A DNA stretch of 55,742 nucleotides from Thermodesulfovibrionia bacterium (lineage in GTDB: Bacteria > Nitrospirota > Thermodesulfovibrionia > UBA6902): assembly GCA_945788685.1 (NCBI GenBank), contig CALZMZ010000002.1, positions 1 through 55,742 of the forward strand. Direction: 5' to 3'. The number at the start of each line of letters is the position of its first letter. Position 1 is the first letter of the stretch. Shown piece by piece: positions 28,644 through 38,273 of this stretch. The translations under genes and the position numbers were made by a program. The notes under the pieces were generated by a model, which did not search any database, was not told the origin of the DNA, and worked only from the letters and a program-made list of their open reading frames with translations.

Positions 28644-30212
28644 ATGGCAGACACGGATGACAGGAGAACTGTTACAAAGGCAGCGGGTCAGATCTCAGTT
28701 GCAACTACAGGAAGCCGCATCCTCGGTTTTATAAGGGACATCCTGCTTGCCAAGATATTCGGAGCTACAGGACTGACCGATGCCTTTTTCATTGCTTACA
28801 GGATTCCCAACATGTTCAGGGAACTCTTTGCCGAGGGTTCCATGTCTGCTGCATTTGTCCCTGTATTTACCGAAACGTTAACAAAAGAGGGCAGGGAAAA
28901 TGCCAGAAGACTGGCCTCAGCAGTGCTGGCCTTTCTGCTTCTGGTGCTTTCAGCGCTGTGTGCTCTGGGGGTCCTTTTTTCTCACCTGATAGTGTCTGTA
29001 ATCGCTCCGGGATTCATTGACAGCCCGGATAAATTCGACCTTACGGTCAAGCTTACCCGGATAATGTTTCCTTTCCTGTTTTTTATAAGTATTGCCGCCT
29101 TTGCCAAGGGGATACTCAATTCTTTAAAACAGTTTTTTATTCCGGCTCTGGCGCCCATATTTCTTAACCTTTCCATAATCAGTTCTGCCCTGCTGTTTGC
29201 TCCCCGTTATACCCAGCCTCTGATGGCCATAGGCATAGCTGTATCAATAGGCGGGGCCCTTCAGGTAGCAATACAGATTCCGTCTCTTGTGAAGGAACGC
29301 TTTATGGTCAGGCCTGCCTTAATAATGGATCACCCGGGATTAAAGAAAATACTTTCATTGCTGCTGCCCGCAATCATTGGAATGGGTGTTGCACAGATCA
29401 ATATATTTGTGAGCACCATTTTTGTGTCCTATTTATCCGGCGGTGCAGCAACATATCTCTACTATGCAATGAGGTTTGTCCACCTTCCCATCGGTGTTTT
29501 CGGTGTTGCAATGGCAACCGCTGTTTTGCCATCCCTGTCAGAACATGCAGCCAATAGAGACAATGATGCCCTGCGCGATACGTTTTCATTTTCATTGCGT
29601 CTGCTGTTTTTCATAACCCTTCCTGCGATGGCCGGGCTGATTACCCTGGCAGGACCTATTATTAATGTGCTGCTTCAGAGAGGCGAGTTCTCCTCCCTTG
29701 CTGCATCAGAGACAGCATATGCGCTTATCTTTTACTCCTCAGGCCTGTGGGCATTTGTCGGCGCACGGATTGTGGCATCGACATTTTATTCCCTTCAGGA
29801 CACAAAGACACCGGTGAAGATAGCAGCGCTTTCAGTAGTGACCAATATTATATTCAGTTTTATTTTGATCGGTCCTTTAAGACATGGAGGTCTTGCCCTG
29901 GCAAATGCAATAGCCTCGGCAGTTAATTTCTTTGTACTTTTTTATGTCCTGAGAAAAAGACTTGTTAAGGTAGACGGCAGAAAAATCGGACGGTCCTTTA
30001 TAAAGACAGCTGCTGCATCATGCCTGATGGGAGCAGCTGGATTTATTGCAGTCCAATCCTCTCTCTGGAACGCAGATGCGTCGCTGATAGAGCGGGCAGG
30101 GACCCTTGCTCTCATTATAGCTTTTTGTGTCGGGCTGTATATATTGACTTCCCATCTCATGAAAAGTGATGAGTTGACGTATCTGATAAGGATGAGGAAA
30201 AAGAAGACGTGA
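28644..30212 (+). CDS. murJ: Lipid II flippase MurJ
   Basis: SRILGFIRDILLAKIFGA N-terminal signature with ~14 TM helices. ATG 28644 preferred over the upstream TTG 28590. Confidence 0.92.
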   Translation: MADTDDRRTVTKAAGQISVATTGSRILGFIRDILLAKIFGATGLTDAFFIAYRIPNMFRELFAEGSMSAAFVPVFTETLTKEGRENARRLASAVLAFLLLVLSALCALGVLFSHLIVSVIAPGFIDSPDKFDLTVKLTRIMFPFLFFISIAAFAKGILNSLKQFFIPALAPIFLNLSIISSALLFAPRYTQPLMAIGIAVSIGGALQVAIQIPSLVKERFMVRPALIMDHPGLKKILSLLLPAIIGMGVAQINIFVSTIFVSYLSGGAATYLYYAMRFVHLPIGVFGVAMATAVLPSLSEHAANRDNDALRDTFSFSLRLLFFITLPAMAGLITLAGPIINVLLQRGEFSSLAASETAYALIFYSSGLWAFVGARIVASTFYSLQDTKTPVKIAALSVVTNIIFSFILIGPLRHGGLALANAIASAVNFFVLFYVLRKRLVKVDGRKIGRSFIKTAAASCLMGAAGFIAVQSSLWNADASLIERAGTLALIIAFCVGLYILTSHLMKSDELTYLIRMRKKKT

Positions 30213-30278
30213 GTATATTGAATATTAAACGGGTATACCACGTTTTGTGATTAGGAATGAAACGTACTGCTTCTAAGT

Positions 30279-30386
30279 CTCCCCCCTTGGGAAAGGCCGG
30301 TACGACTCGATTCCGAGGGATTAAGGGGGTTATTAAAAAATTATTCATTAATAACTCCCCTGCCCCCTCTTTACCAAAGAGGGGAA
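30279..30386. repeat. GC-rich dispersed palindromic repeat (CCCCCCTTGG...GGTACGACTCGATTCCGA...TTAAGGGGG; CCCCCTCTTTACCAAAGAGGGG)
   Basis: Shares the 18-mer GGTACGA(C/G)TCGATTCCGA and CCCCTTAAT/ATTAAGGGG arms with 54435..54550. Confidence 0.7.
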
Positions 30387-30552
30387 TTATTGTTTATGCC
30401 GTATATAATTAAGTCTTATCACGGGAATATTCCTGCAAGTAATGAAAGACAATAGACAAATAAAGTACAGGACAGTAATAATACTGTTTTCTTTAATGAT
30501 CACCGGATTATTATTTATTCAATGTATGAATGATGACAATAGGAGGAAGCAA

Positions 30553-31176
30553 ATGATTGTTAAACGACTGGTCGTAGGACCTCTGCAGGAAAATACCTAT
30601 ATCGTTGGTGATGAAGTAACAAAACGGGCAATGATTATTGATCCCGGCGATGAACCGGACAGGATACTTGATGAAATTAAGGTAAACGGTCTGGAGGTCA
30701 GCGCTATTATTTTTACGCATGCGCATTTTGACCATATAGGGGCTGCCGGCGATCTCAAAAAAGAGACAGGCGCTAAAATCCTCATGCACAAAAATGATAA
30801 AGAAACTTTTTCTCTGGCAAAGGACCAGGCTGCGTTCTGGGGATTTGAGCTTGATGATATTCCAATGCCTGATGAATTTATTGATGAGGGAGATAAAGTC
30901 AAAGTCGGGAACCTCAGTTTTAAAGTCATGCATACTCCGGGGCACAGCAAAGGGGGTATATGTCTTCTGGGAGAGGGCATTGTCCTGACAGGTGACACGA
31001 TCTTTCAGGGTTCAGTAGGAAGAACAGACTTTCCCGGCGGGAGCATCGAGGAACTGAAGAGTTCTTTCAAAAGGCTGATAGAACTTCCCGAAGATTTACA
31101 GATCCTGTCGGGCCATGGTCCGGAGACTACTGTTGGAAGAGAAAGAAAAGAGAATTTTTTTGTAGGAGAGTTATAA
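30553..31176 (+). CDS. MBL-fold metallo-hydrolase (glyoxalase II-like)
   Basis: THAHFDHIG metal motif and HTPGHS. ATG 30553 preceded by AGGAGG, giving a 207-aa product. Confidence 0.85.
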   Translation: MIVKRLVVGPLQENTYIVGDEVTKRAMIIDPGDEPDRILDEIKVNGLEVSAIIFTHAHFDHIGAAGDLKKETGAKILMHKNDKETFSLAKDQAAFWGFELDDIPMPDEFIDEGDKVKVGNLSFKVMHTPGHSKGGICLLGEGIVLTGDTIFQGSVGRTDFPGGSIEELKSSFKRLIELPEDLQILSGHGPETTVGRERKENFFVGEL

Positions 31177-31261
31177 TATTTCAATTCATTCTATTGCGCA
31201 TCCGGCTTGTATCAATGGGGATTAAAAAGCAGTCACTTTTCTATAATCTGCAACCATTAAA

Positions 31262-31286
31262 TCATTCCCGCGAAGGCGGGAATCCA
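31262..31286. repeat. GTCATTCCCG-loop-CGGGAATCCAG hairpin repeat
   Basis: TCATTCCCGCGAAGGCGGGAATCCA. The same stem occurs in inverted orientation at 26682-26710 (TGGATTCCCGATAAAGACCTCGGGAATGAC). Confidence 0.65.
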
Positions 31287-31376
31287 GAACCTTTCTTTAT
31301 ACTGAATGCTGACGGCTGATAGCTGACAGCTTCATCAATCTGACTAACGAATCATTTGAATAATTAATGAATTTTC

Positions 31377-31406
31377 TTGATTTTTCAAAAAATTGCCGGA
31401 TATAAT
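31377..31406 (+). promoter_or_regulatory. Candidate sigma-70 promoter
   Basis: TTGATT - 18 nt - TATAAT, about 165 nt upstream of ORF 31569. Confidence 0.4.
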
Positions 31407-31568
31407 ACGCACATCTTTTTAAAATAGATCAACATCTAAATAATGAGAACAGGACAACATGGGGAATGTACTATCGTACGTATGAATCATTTCAAAATAA
31501 TCGAGCTATAAAGCAAGCTTTCAATATTGAATATAATGACTGCAAGATAATATATTATGTACAGATAA

Positions 31569-31985
31569 ATGAAACTAAAAAGACACATAGAGAAAGATAA
31601 ACTTATTATTACTGAATTTGGAGGTCGTCACACTTACGATGACGCGATTGATGCACTGGATGAATTAATAGATATAAATAAAGGGAATAAGGAAATATAT
31701 GAAATTGTCATTAATTCTGATGACATTGAACTGGACTTCACCCAGAGACAAGTTTCACTGCTGTCAGATAAGATAAAATCTGTTTTTCAGAATTTTGAAA
31801 GGGGCGCGTCAGCTGTTGTTGCTAACAAGGATTTCATTTTTGGAATGTGCAGGATGCTCCAGGCCATGATTGATAATGACCGTATTGCTGTATCAGCGTT
31901 CCGCACAGAAGAACTTGCTCGTCTATGGATCCAGGAAATCAGAAGTTTACATCAAGTCAACAGGATGAACGGGATCAGTACTTGA
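31569..31985 (+). CDS. Hypothetical protein (possibly STAS/SpoIIAA-like fold)
   Basis: 138-aa ORF with no recognisable catalytic motif and no clear Shine-Dalgarno sequence. Confidence 0.45.
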   Translation: MKLKRHIEKDKLIITEFGGRHTYDDAIDALDELIDINKGNKEIYEIVINSDDIELDFTQRQVSLLSDKIKSVFQNFERGASAVVANKDFIFGMCRMLQAMIDNDRIAVSAFRTEELARLWIQEIRSLHQVNRMNGIST

Positions 31986-32140
31986 AAGTGTAAGAAGAAC
32001 TACAAAAGGACATTTTCAAGCCAGGACCCCAAGAACTCATTCATCTTTTTTGCATTGGCTGACAGCTTCCTCAAATTGACAGCAGTAATATCCAATTTTA
32101 ATAGAAGTTATTTTTTTCTGTATTAATTACTGCGGGGTTT

Positions 32141-32656
32141 ATGAAACAAATTATCAGCATTACGTTAATAATTATAGTGATTACTGTTGTTGCCGGTTGC
32201 ACCAAGGGGCCCCCTGCTTATGAAAAGGCATATCTTGGTATGCCGCTGCAGGAATTGCTTGTTTCCTATTCTGAAGCCAAAAAAATACAGGCAGTTCCTG
32301 CTGAAGATGGTAACGACGTGGTCGAGTATTCTTTGCCTCCTGACGGTCATGTCAAAAGGGCAAGCTATTTTTTCCAGGATGATCTGCTGATCGGAATGGT
32401 AATTCTCTATAGTAAAGAAGCAGATTTTGATTATCTGGCAAACCAGCTTGCCCTGAAAAATGGGAAGCCTACTCAGATGAAGACAGTTGATAATACAAGG
32501 GGGGCGCACTGGAGGAGGCCTGGCTCATACATAATGCTGCTCAACGGTATCAGGGGGACACAGGTCAAATTGCCTGTAGGTGAGACCGATGAAATAAAGC
32601 CGGAAGAAATTATACTGATAATCGGGAAAAGACCGGAAAGAAGAAGCAATAAGTAA
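32141..32656 (+). CDS. Hypothetical lipoprotein
   Basis: Signal peptide with lipobox VAGC; 171 aa. The 3' end runs into a GTAAGAA-unit repeat. Confidence 0.55.
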   Translation: MKQIISITLIIIVITVVAGCTKGPPAYEKAYLGMPLQELLVSYSEAKKIQAVPAEDGNDVVEYSLPPDGHVKRASYFFQDDLLIGMVILYSKEADFDYLANQLALKNGKPTQMKTVDNTRGAHWRRPGSYIMLLNGIRGTQVKLPVGETDEIKPEEIILIIGKRPERRSNK

Positions 32657-32700
32657 GAACTAAGAAGTAAGAATATATTATTTACTACTTCTCACTTATT
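32651..32700. repeat. Hairpin built from GTAAGAA-type 7-nt units
   Basis: AAGTAAGAACTAAGAAGTAAGAA (32651-32673) faces TTTACTACTTCTCACTTATT (32681-32700). The unit is the same as at 26626-26870. Confidence 0.65.
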
Positions 32701-33331
32701 ATTAAAATCAACAGAGACATGATCCTTCTGCCTGCTTGCTTTTTTGTCTGTGATTGATAACCGGTTGATAGTTTTAGATGAAGACATAACAACACGGTCT
32801 TTTAACAGAATGATGTCCCGCTGAATAAGCTTGTTTACAGGTTCCGGGCAGACACCTGAAATACCTCAAGACCATTTGCCCCTGAACTGATAAATGATGC
32901 ACGGAGCTTTTAAGGCTTTACGTCCTCAATTTTTCCTGACGCCTTGGGTATTTAATATTCATAATGGACTTCATGTCAGAATCCGATTATATGTTTTGTC
33001 AAAATTCAACTTCTAACATATTGCAAATTAAGGTAAAAACCCAATGTTAGCAATACTATTAATAATATTTATAAAATTTTGTATATATATATTTTTTTTA
33101 TGCAATGTATAATTATAGATAAAGCATGGCAATACTTAACAATTGATTATCAATCCGGTTACTTGTAAATTAGCTGTCATTTTGTATGTAAAGCTGTCAG
33201 CTCTGAAATGTATTAAGGTTCCCAAAGTCATTTTAAGTGAAAACCTGTTTTTACTTAATTTTAAACTGTAGTGATTATGTCTGGATATATTAATTTAATA
33301 AAAAAATAACAGAAAATGAAAAGGAGTTCAT

Positions 33332-34204
33332 ATGATACGAATAATATTATCTGCAGCATTGCTCTTGATATTTTCAGGCCATGCCTTTGCTGCTGAACTT
33401 AACATCGGATTGATTCCTGAACAGAACGTGTTTAAACAGTTCAAGAGATATGAACCGCTTGGTAAATATTTAGAAAAAAAGACCGGACATATAATAAAGT
33501 TTACATCCCTGTCAAGATATGGAAATATCATAGACAGTTTTCACAAAAAGAAGATGGACGGGGCATTCTGGGGCAGTTTTACAGGAGCCATGGCGATCGA
33601 AAAGCTTGGGATTCAGCCTATCGCAAGACCCGTTAATTTTGACGGCACTTCTACCTATCATGGTTACATACTGGTGCATAAAAACAGCGGAATCAGGGAC
33701 ATCAAAGATATGAAGGGCAAGACCGTAGCATTTGTGGAGCAGGCGACAACAGCAGGATATGTTTTCCCGATGGCATATTTTCAGGAACATGGAATAAAAA
33801 ATATCGATACATATTTCAAAGAATATTACTTTACCGGGAGCCATGACGCAGCTATCCATGCTGTATTGAACAAAAAGGTGGATATTGCGTGCGCAAAAAA
33901 CACAGTATATGAAATTCTTTCCAGGGAAGATCCCCGTGTAAAGGACGAACTGGTGATCATTTCCAGGTCCCCGGATGTTCCTTCTAACGGGCTTGGATTG
34001 AGAAAAGAGCTGGCTTTTGGTGTAAAGGCTGAGATCAAACAGACCCTGCTTGATATGCATGAATATCCGGAAGGTAAGGAAGTACTGAGAAATTTTGGTG
34101 TTAAACGTTTTATTGAGACTAACAAGGATGATTATACTCCGGTATTTGATTTAGCTGGACGGGCCGGTATAGATTTGAAGAAATATGAATATGTTAACAA
34201 ATAA
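33332..34204 (+). CDS. PhnD-like periplasmic substrate-binding protein
   Basis: Signal peptide, LNIGLIPEQN start and ATTAGYVFP motif of phosphonate/phosphite-type SBPs. Lies directly upstream of a sensor kinase. Confidence 0.8.
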   Translation: MIRIILSAALLLIFSGHAFAAELNIGLIPEQNVFKQFKRYEPLGKYLEKKTGHIIKFTSLSRYGNIIDSFHKKKMDGAFWGSFTGAMAIEKLGIQPIARPVNFDGTSTYHGYILVHKNSGIRDIKDMKGKTVAFVEQATTAGYVFPMAYFQEHGIKNIDTYFKEYYFTGSHDAAIHAVLNKKVDIACAKNTVYEILSREDPRVKDELVIISRSPDVPSNGLGLRKELAFGVKAEIKQTLLDMHEYPEGKEVLRNFGVKRFIETNKDDYTPVFDLAGRAGIDLKKYEYVNK

Positions 34205-34219
34205 TTAGTTCACAGACAT

Positions 34220-36514
34220 ATGAAACAGAAGATTGTCCTCTCATTATTTGCCCTCTTTGTTTTTTTAGCTGTTGGAACAGTAACAGCTGTGCTGTATATG
34301 TCAAATAACACGTCTGTTCTGCAGAACATAGTAATGCTTCATGAGGTTGAGCAGCTAAGGCGTTCTCTGATAATTAAAATACAGAACGTCCAGGCAGACC
34401 TTTATACAGTTGATACGGAGTTTGCTACTGATTTCGATTTTATAATAAATGAAGCAGCTGATCTTGACAATACTGCGGAGAGATGTTCTTCCTGTCATCA
34501 CTCCCCTGAACTGACAAAGAGGATTAATATGGTCCAGTCACTCATTACTGATTATGAAGTTGCCCTCAGTTATTACCTTACTGCATCAGCAAATACCGGC
34601 AGAATATTCAAGCTTAAATCTGATGCTGCAACAATAGGGAAAGAACTGATAAATCTCGCAGGCGCCATGTCACATAGCGCCAGTAAAAACCTTGCCGAAC
34701 TGTCCAGTGAAACCATGAGCAGGATGAACCACGTTATGACGATACTGTTAATAACAATCGCCGTAACTTTTTTTCTCGGTATCATAGTTGCCGTACATTT
34801 GACAAGGTCTGTGACAAATCCTATAAATGATCTGGTAAATGCTACCGGGAGAATTGCTTCAGGGGACTATGGATCAAAGATATCCTACAGGGACAAAACA
34901 GAATTTGGTGAACTTGCTGAGCATTTTAATACCATGAGCGGAGCAATTAAGGAAGGGTATGAAAAGATCCATAAAGAAATGGCTGACAGGAAACTCGCTG
35001 AAGATGCATTAAGACTGAGTGAAGAAAGACTGCAGACGGTTTTTAATCAGATGCAGGATGTTTTTTACAGAACTGACCAGGAAGACAGGATTATATGGGT
35101 ATCTCGCTCAGCTACAGAAATTCTGGAATATGAATCCGTAGATGAACTGACCGGCAAGTTATTCTCAGAACTCTGTCCAGATCCTGAAGAAAGACAGAAA
35201 TTTCTTAAGGAGATCTTTAACAGGGGAAAAGTGACAAATTATGAAATGGAGATGCTTAAAAGCAACAGGAACATAATTATTGTCAGTGTTAATTCTCATT
35301 TCTATCTCGATGCACATGGAGAAGTTGCAGGGATTGAAGGTTCGATAAGAGACATAACCGAACGGAAAAAATTAGAGGAGAAACACAGAACGATTGAAAA
35401 ACTGGAGTCTGTTGGCATACTGGCAGGCGGTATAGCGCATGATTTTAATAATATTCTGACTTCCATTACCGGAAATATTTCATTGGCCAGGTCATCTCTT
35501 AATTCAGATAATAGTGTATCAGATATTCTTACTGAGGCAGAAGAGGCATGCAGGAGGGCTAATGACCTGACCAATCAGCTGCTTACTTTTGCAAAAGGAG
35601 GTTCTCCGGTCAAGAAAGTTGCCTATTTAAGAAATCAGATAAAGGATGCCGCAAAGTTTGCCTTAAGGGGATCTAATGTTAAATGTGATTTTCAGATGCC
35701 GCCGGACCTGTGGGCTGCAGAAATTGATGAAAGTCAGATAAACCAGGTCATTTACAATCTGGTTATTAATGCGAATCACGCCATGCCTGAAGGAGGAACA
35801 ATAAAAATAGGCGCAGAAAATATTAATATTAACGAGAACAGTAAATTACCTCTGGAAGGAGGGGACTATATTAAAATATCTGTTCAGGACCATGGAATTG
35901 GAATCCCGGGAGAGCAGGTCCAAAAAGTATTTGATCCCTACTTTACAACAAAAAAGAAGGGAAGCGGACTCGGACTTTCCAGTACATATGCGATTATAAA
36001 AAACCATAACGGGCATATTGATGTTGAATCGCAACAGAGAGAGGGATCCACGTTCAGAATTTATCTGCCTGCATCCAGGAAGAATTTGCCTGATAGACAA
36101 ATTAAGAAAGACCAGATCATGACAGGCTCCGGAAAGATTCTGGTAATGGATGATGAAAAGACTGTCAGGATGACAGTGCAGAAAATGCTTTCACATATGG
36201 GATATGAGGTCGAGACTGCAAGAGACGGTACAGAAGCACTTGAAACGTATCAAAAATACAGAGAGAATGGATCTCCATTTGATGCGGTCATAATGGATTT
36301 GACTATTCGGGGTGGAATGGGAGGCAGTGAAGCCATAAAAAAACTGGTTGAGATAGATCCCGAAGTAAAGGCGATCGTATCCAGCGGATATTCAACTGAT
36401 ACAGTCATGTCCAACTATGACGAGTATGGATTCTGCGGGGTCATATCAAAGCCATATGATATGCAAAATTTGAGTATACTGTTGAACAGGATATTAAACG
36501 GGAAATCGAAATGA
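34220..36514 (+). CDS. Hybrid sensor histidine kinase / response regulator (periplasmic helical sensor with CxxCH, HAMP, PAS, HisKA, HATPase, REC)
   Basis: Two TM helices flank a ~150-aa sensor containing CSSCHH. Domains recognised: HAMP, a PAS domain, H-box GIAHDFNNIL, G-boxes (GSGLGLS) and a C-terminal REC (LVMDDE...MDL). Confidence 0.9.
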   Translation: MKQKIVLSLFALFVFLAVGTVTAVLYMSNNTSVLQNIVMLHEVEQLRRSLIIKIQNVQADLYTVDTEFATDFDFIINEAADLDNTAERCSSCHHSPELTKRINMVQSLITDYEVALSYYLTASANTGRIFKLKSDAATIGKELINLAGAMSHSASKNLAELSSETMSRMNHVMTILLITIAVTFFLGIIVAVHLTRSVTNPINDLVNATGRIASGDYGSKISYRDKTEFGELAEHFNTMSGAIKEGYEKIHKEMADRKLAEDALRLSEERLQTVFNQMQDVFYRTDQEDRIIWVSRSATEILEYESVDELTGKLFSELCPDPEERQKFLKEIFNRGKVTNYEMEMLKSNRNIIIVSVNSHFYLDAHGEVAGIEGSIRDITERKKLEEKHRTIEKLESVGILAGGIAHDFNNILTSITGNISLARSSLNSDNSVSDILTEAEEACRRANDLTNQLLTFAKGGSPVKKVAYLRNQIKDAAKFALRGSNVKCDFQMPPDLWAAEIDESQINQVIYNLVINANHAMPEGGTIKIGAENININENSKLPLEGGDYIKISVQDHGIGIPGEQVQKVFDPYFTTKKKGSGLGLSSTYAIIKNHNGHIDVESQQREGSTFRIYLPASRKNLPDRQIKKDQIMTGSGKILVMDDEKTVRMTVQKMLSHMGYEVETARDGTEALETYQKYRENGSPFDAVIMDLTIRGGMGGSEAIKKLVEIDPEVKAIVSSGYSTDTVMSNYDEYGFCGVISKPYDMQNLSILLNRILNGKSK

Positions 36515-36915
36515 ATTATCTTAAAAGCGGTATTGTTATATTTATGGCTGTGATGATCGGGTGCGCATCCATAGGGGAACAAAAGCGGGTGGATCTACTG
36601 AAGATGTTAACTGATCGATATGAAAATGCTCTGCGGTGGGGACAATATGAAACTGCTTTTGCCATGATCGGTACTGATCAAAAAGAAACGGGCATGGCCG
36701 GACCGGATGATCTTAAACATTTTAAAGTTACTTCTTACAGGCTGATAAACAAAAGTATTTCAGCGAGCAGGGATGAAGCCAGACAGAGGGTAGAGATCAG
36801 GTACTATGAAACGAACAACATGATCGAAAAGACATTGATTGATAATCAGATATGGACGTATGATAAGGATGTGGGGAGCTGGTTATTATCGAGCGGACTG
36901 CCTGATTTCAAATAA
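36511..36915 (+). CDS. Small lipoprotein, co-transcribed with the hybrid kinase
   Basis: ATGA overlap with the kinase stop. Lipobox MIGCAS. 134 aa. Confidence 0.6.
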   Translation: MNYLKSGIVIFMAVMIGCASIGEQKRVDLLKMLTDRYENALRWGQYETAFAMIGTDQKETGMAGPDDLKHFKVTSYRLINKSISASRDEARQRVEIRYYETNNMIEKTLIDNQIWTYDKDVGSWLLSSGLPDFK

Positions 36916-36987
36916 TTACCTTTAATTGCATGAGTTAATATTTGCATATTCATTGTATATAAAGGGTTGTAGTGACTTTTTTTAGTA

Positions 36988-37113
36988 GGGTTCAAGGGAT
37001 CAAGGAGTCAAGGGTTCAAGGGAAAGAAAGAATATTAAAGAAAAAAATATTTAAGATATTGGATTAAAAAATTCTTTATCTTTTGTCTGTTCACTTGACC
37101 CCTAGGCCCCTTA
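36988..37113. repeat. Inverted pair of tandem 8-nt units (TCAAGGGN x4 ... CTTGACCCCTAGGCCCCTT)
   Basis: Left arm 36988-37022 and right arm 37092-37113, between convergent genes. Confidence 0.7.
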
Positions 37114-37131
37114 TTTAAGTAAATCTAGATA

Positions 37132-37689
37132 TCAGTTATTACTTACAGCCTCGAGATATATCCTGACGAGCTCAAGGATGTTTTTATACATAAGGTAGTT
37201 TGAAGAGAGTTCACTGAACAGGTCTGTATCTGTAAATTCCGCAGCTATTTTGTAAGACCTCTGCCCCTGCAGTATATAATGTTCTGACAGGCTTGCCCCT
37301 GGAATTACCACCCCTCCCAGTACAAACTCTCTTCCCTTTTTTCTGTTCAGGGCGCAGGGAAACATGCTGAGCATAAAGAGGGTAAAGTCACCTATATGTT
37401 TATGGACCTGGAACTCCCTGTCAAAACTGTCAGCGTTTAAAAGCACACTGCTTTCTGAAAGCATTTCTGCGATGTCCTCCAGCCTGTCTCCTTCTGCATC
37501 TTTTATCCTGTAAAGGTTGTCAGAATTAATAAATCCACAGAGAATCTGCTCTTCAATGTATCTGACTGTTCCGGAGCTGTCAGTGGGATTCATTTCCAGT
37601 CCAAATTCAAGTGCCCTTTTAAAAAGGTCTCTTAGGGGGTGGTCTCTTTTTATACATTCATTATTCAGCATATTCATCACCTCATTCAT
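37132..37689 (-). CDS. Hypothetical cytoplasmic protein
   Basis: 185-aa ORF with no motif I recognise. Confidence 0.5.
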   Translation of the reverse strand: MNEVMNMLNNECIKRDHPLRDLFKRALEFGLEMNPTDSSGTVRYIEEQILCGFINSDNLYRIKDAEGDRLEDIAEMLSESSVLLNADSFDREFQVHKHIGDFTLFMLSMFPCALNRKKGREFVLGGVVIPGASLSEHYILQGQRSYKIAAEFTDTDLFSELSSNYLMYKNILELVRIYLEAVSNN

Positions 37690-37943
37690 ATGTGATTAGC
37701 TACACTTTTTTTTCGATATAATCATGAAGAAACTTTAGCCCGCTCTCGCAATAAAAAATATACCCGGAAATAAAGCATTGTAATAAGTTCTGAATTTGTT
37801 GAGATTAATTAAACAGGAAGGCCATCTTTCCTGAAATGGCAGGATTAATAGTGTTGCAGCTTTACAGTCAAATTCCTGGAAATAAGATTCTATTGCCTGA
37901 CTGCTAAATATGATACTGGTTACTGTTGAACTGGAAACAGTTC

Positions 37944-38054
37944 TTAAATTGAATTACGCCTCATTACATCTTCTTTATGCCCTGATGCGAGCATTGCCAT
38001 CAGGATCATACCAAATAATGAACCTATGAAAAGACCTGCTGCAAACAGTAACAT
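37944..38054 (-). CDS. Unannotated 36-aa single-TM peptide (paralog of 12185..12292)
   Basis: My own translation is MLLFAAGLFIGSLFGMILMAMLASGHKEDVMRRNSI*. GGAGG lies 6 nt upstream of the ATG. A candidate promoter TTGCAA-17-TAATAC sits at 38085-38113 on the minus strand. Confidence 0.5.
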   Translation of the reverse strand: MLLFAAGLFIGSLFGMILMAMLASGHKEDVMRRNSI

Positions 38055-38273
38055 TGTTCTCCTCCTTTTTTGGAAAAGCTGTTTGTATTATCCCTTTATT
38101 TCATAGATTGCAAAATATATGCCTGTAATTAATTAGATATTTTTATAGAAATATTCCAATTGCAGAATAAAGAAAAAACCGTAAACCTCTTTGAATTATA
38201 AATGTTTTCAGGCAAGGATCAAGAATAATTATGGATCAAAATGACAAGATCATGCCATTTTGACATGTACTGA

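Noticed and set aside
32880-32935. Possible third, partial copy of the long-hairpin element (TTTTAAGGCTTTACGTCC resembles TTTTTAAGGCTTACATCC).
   Set aside because: Only ~18 nt are similar and the conserved core blocks are absent. This is too weak to call without an alignment tool.
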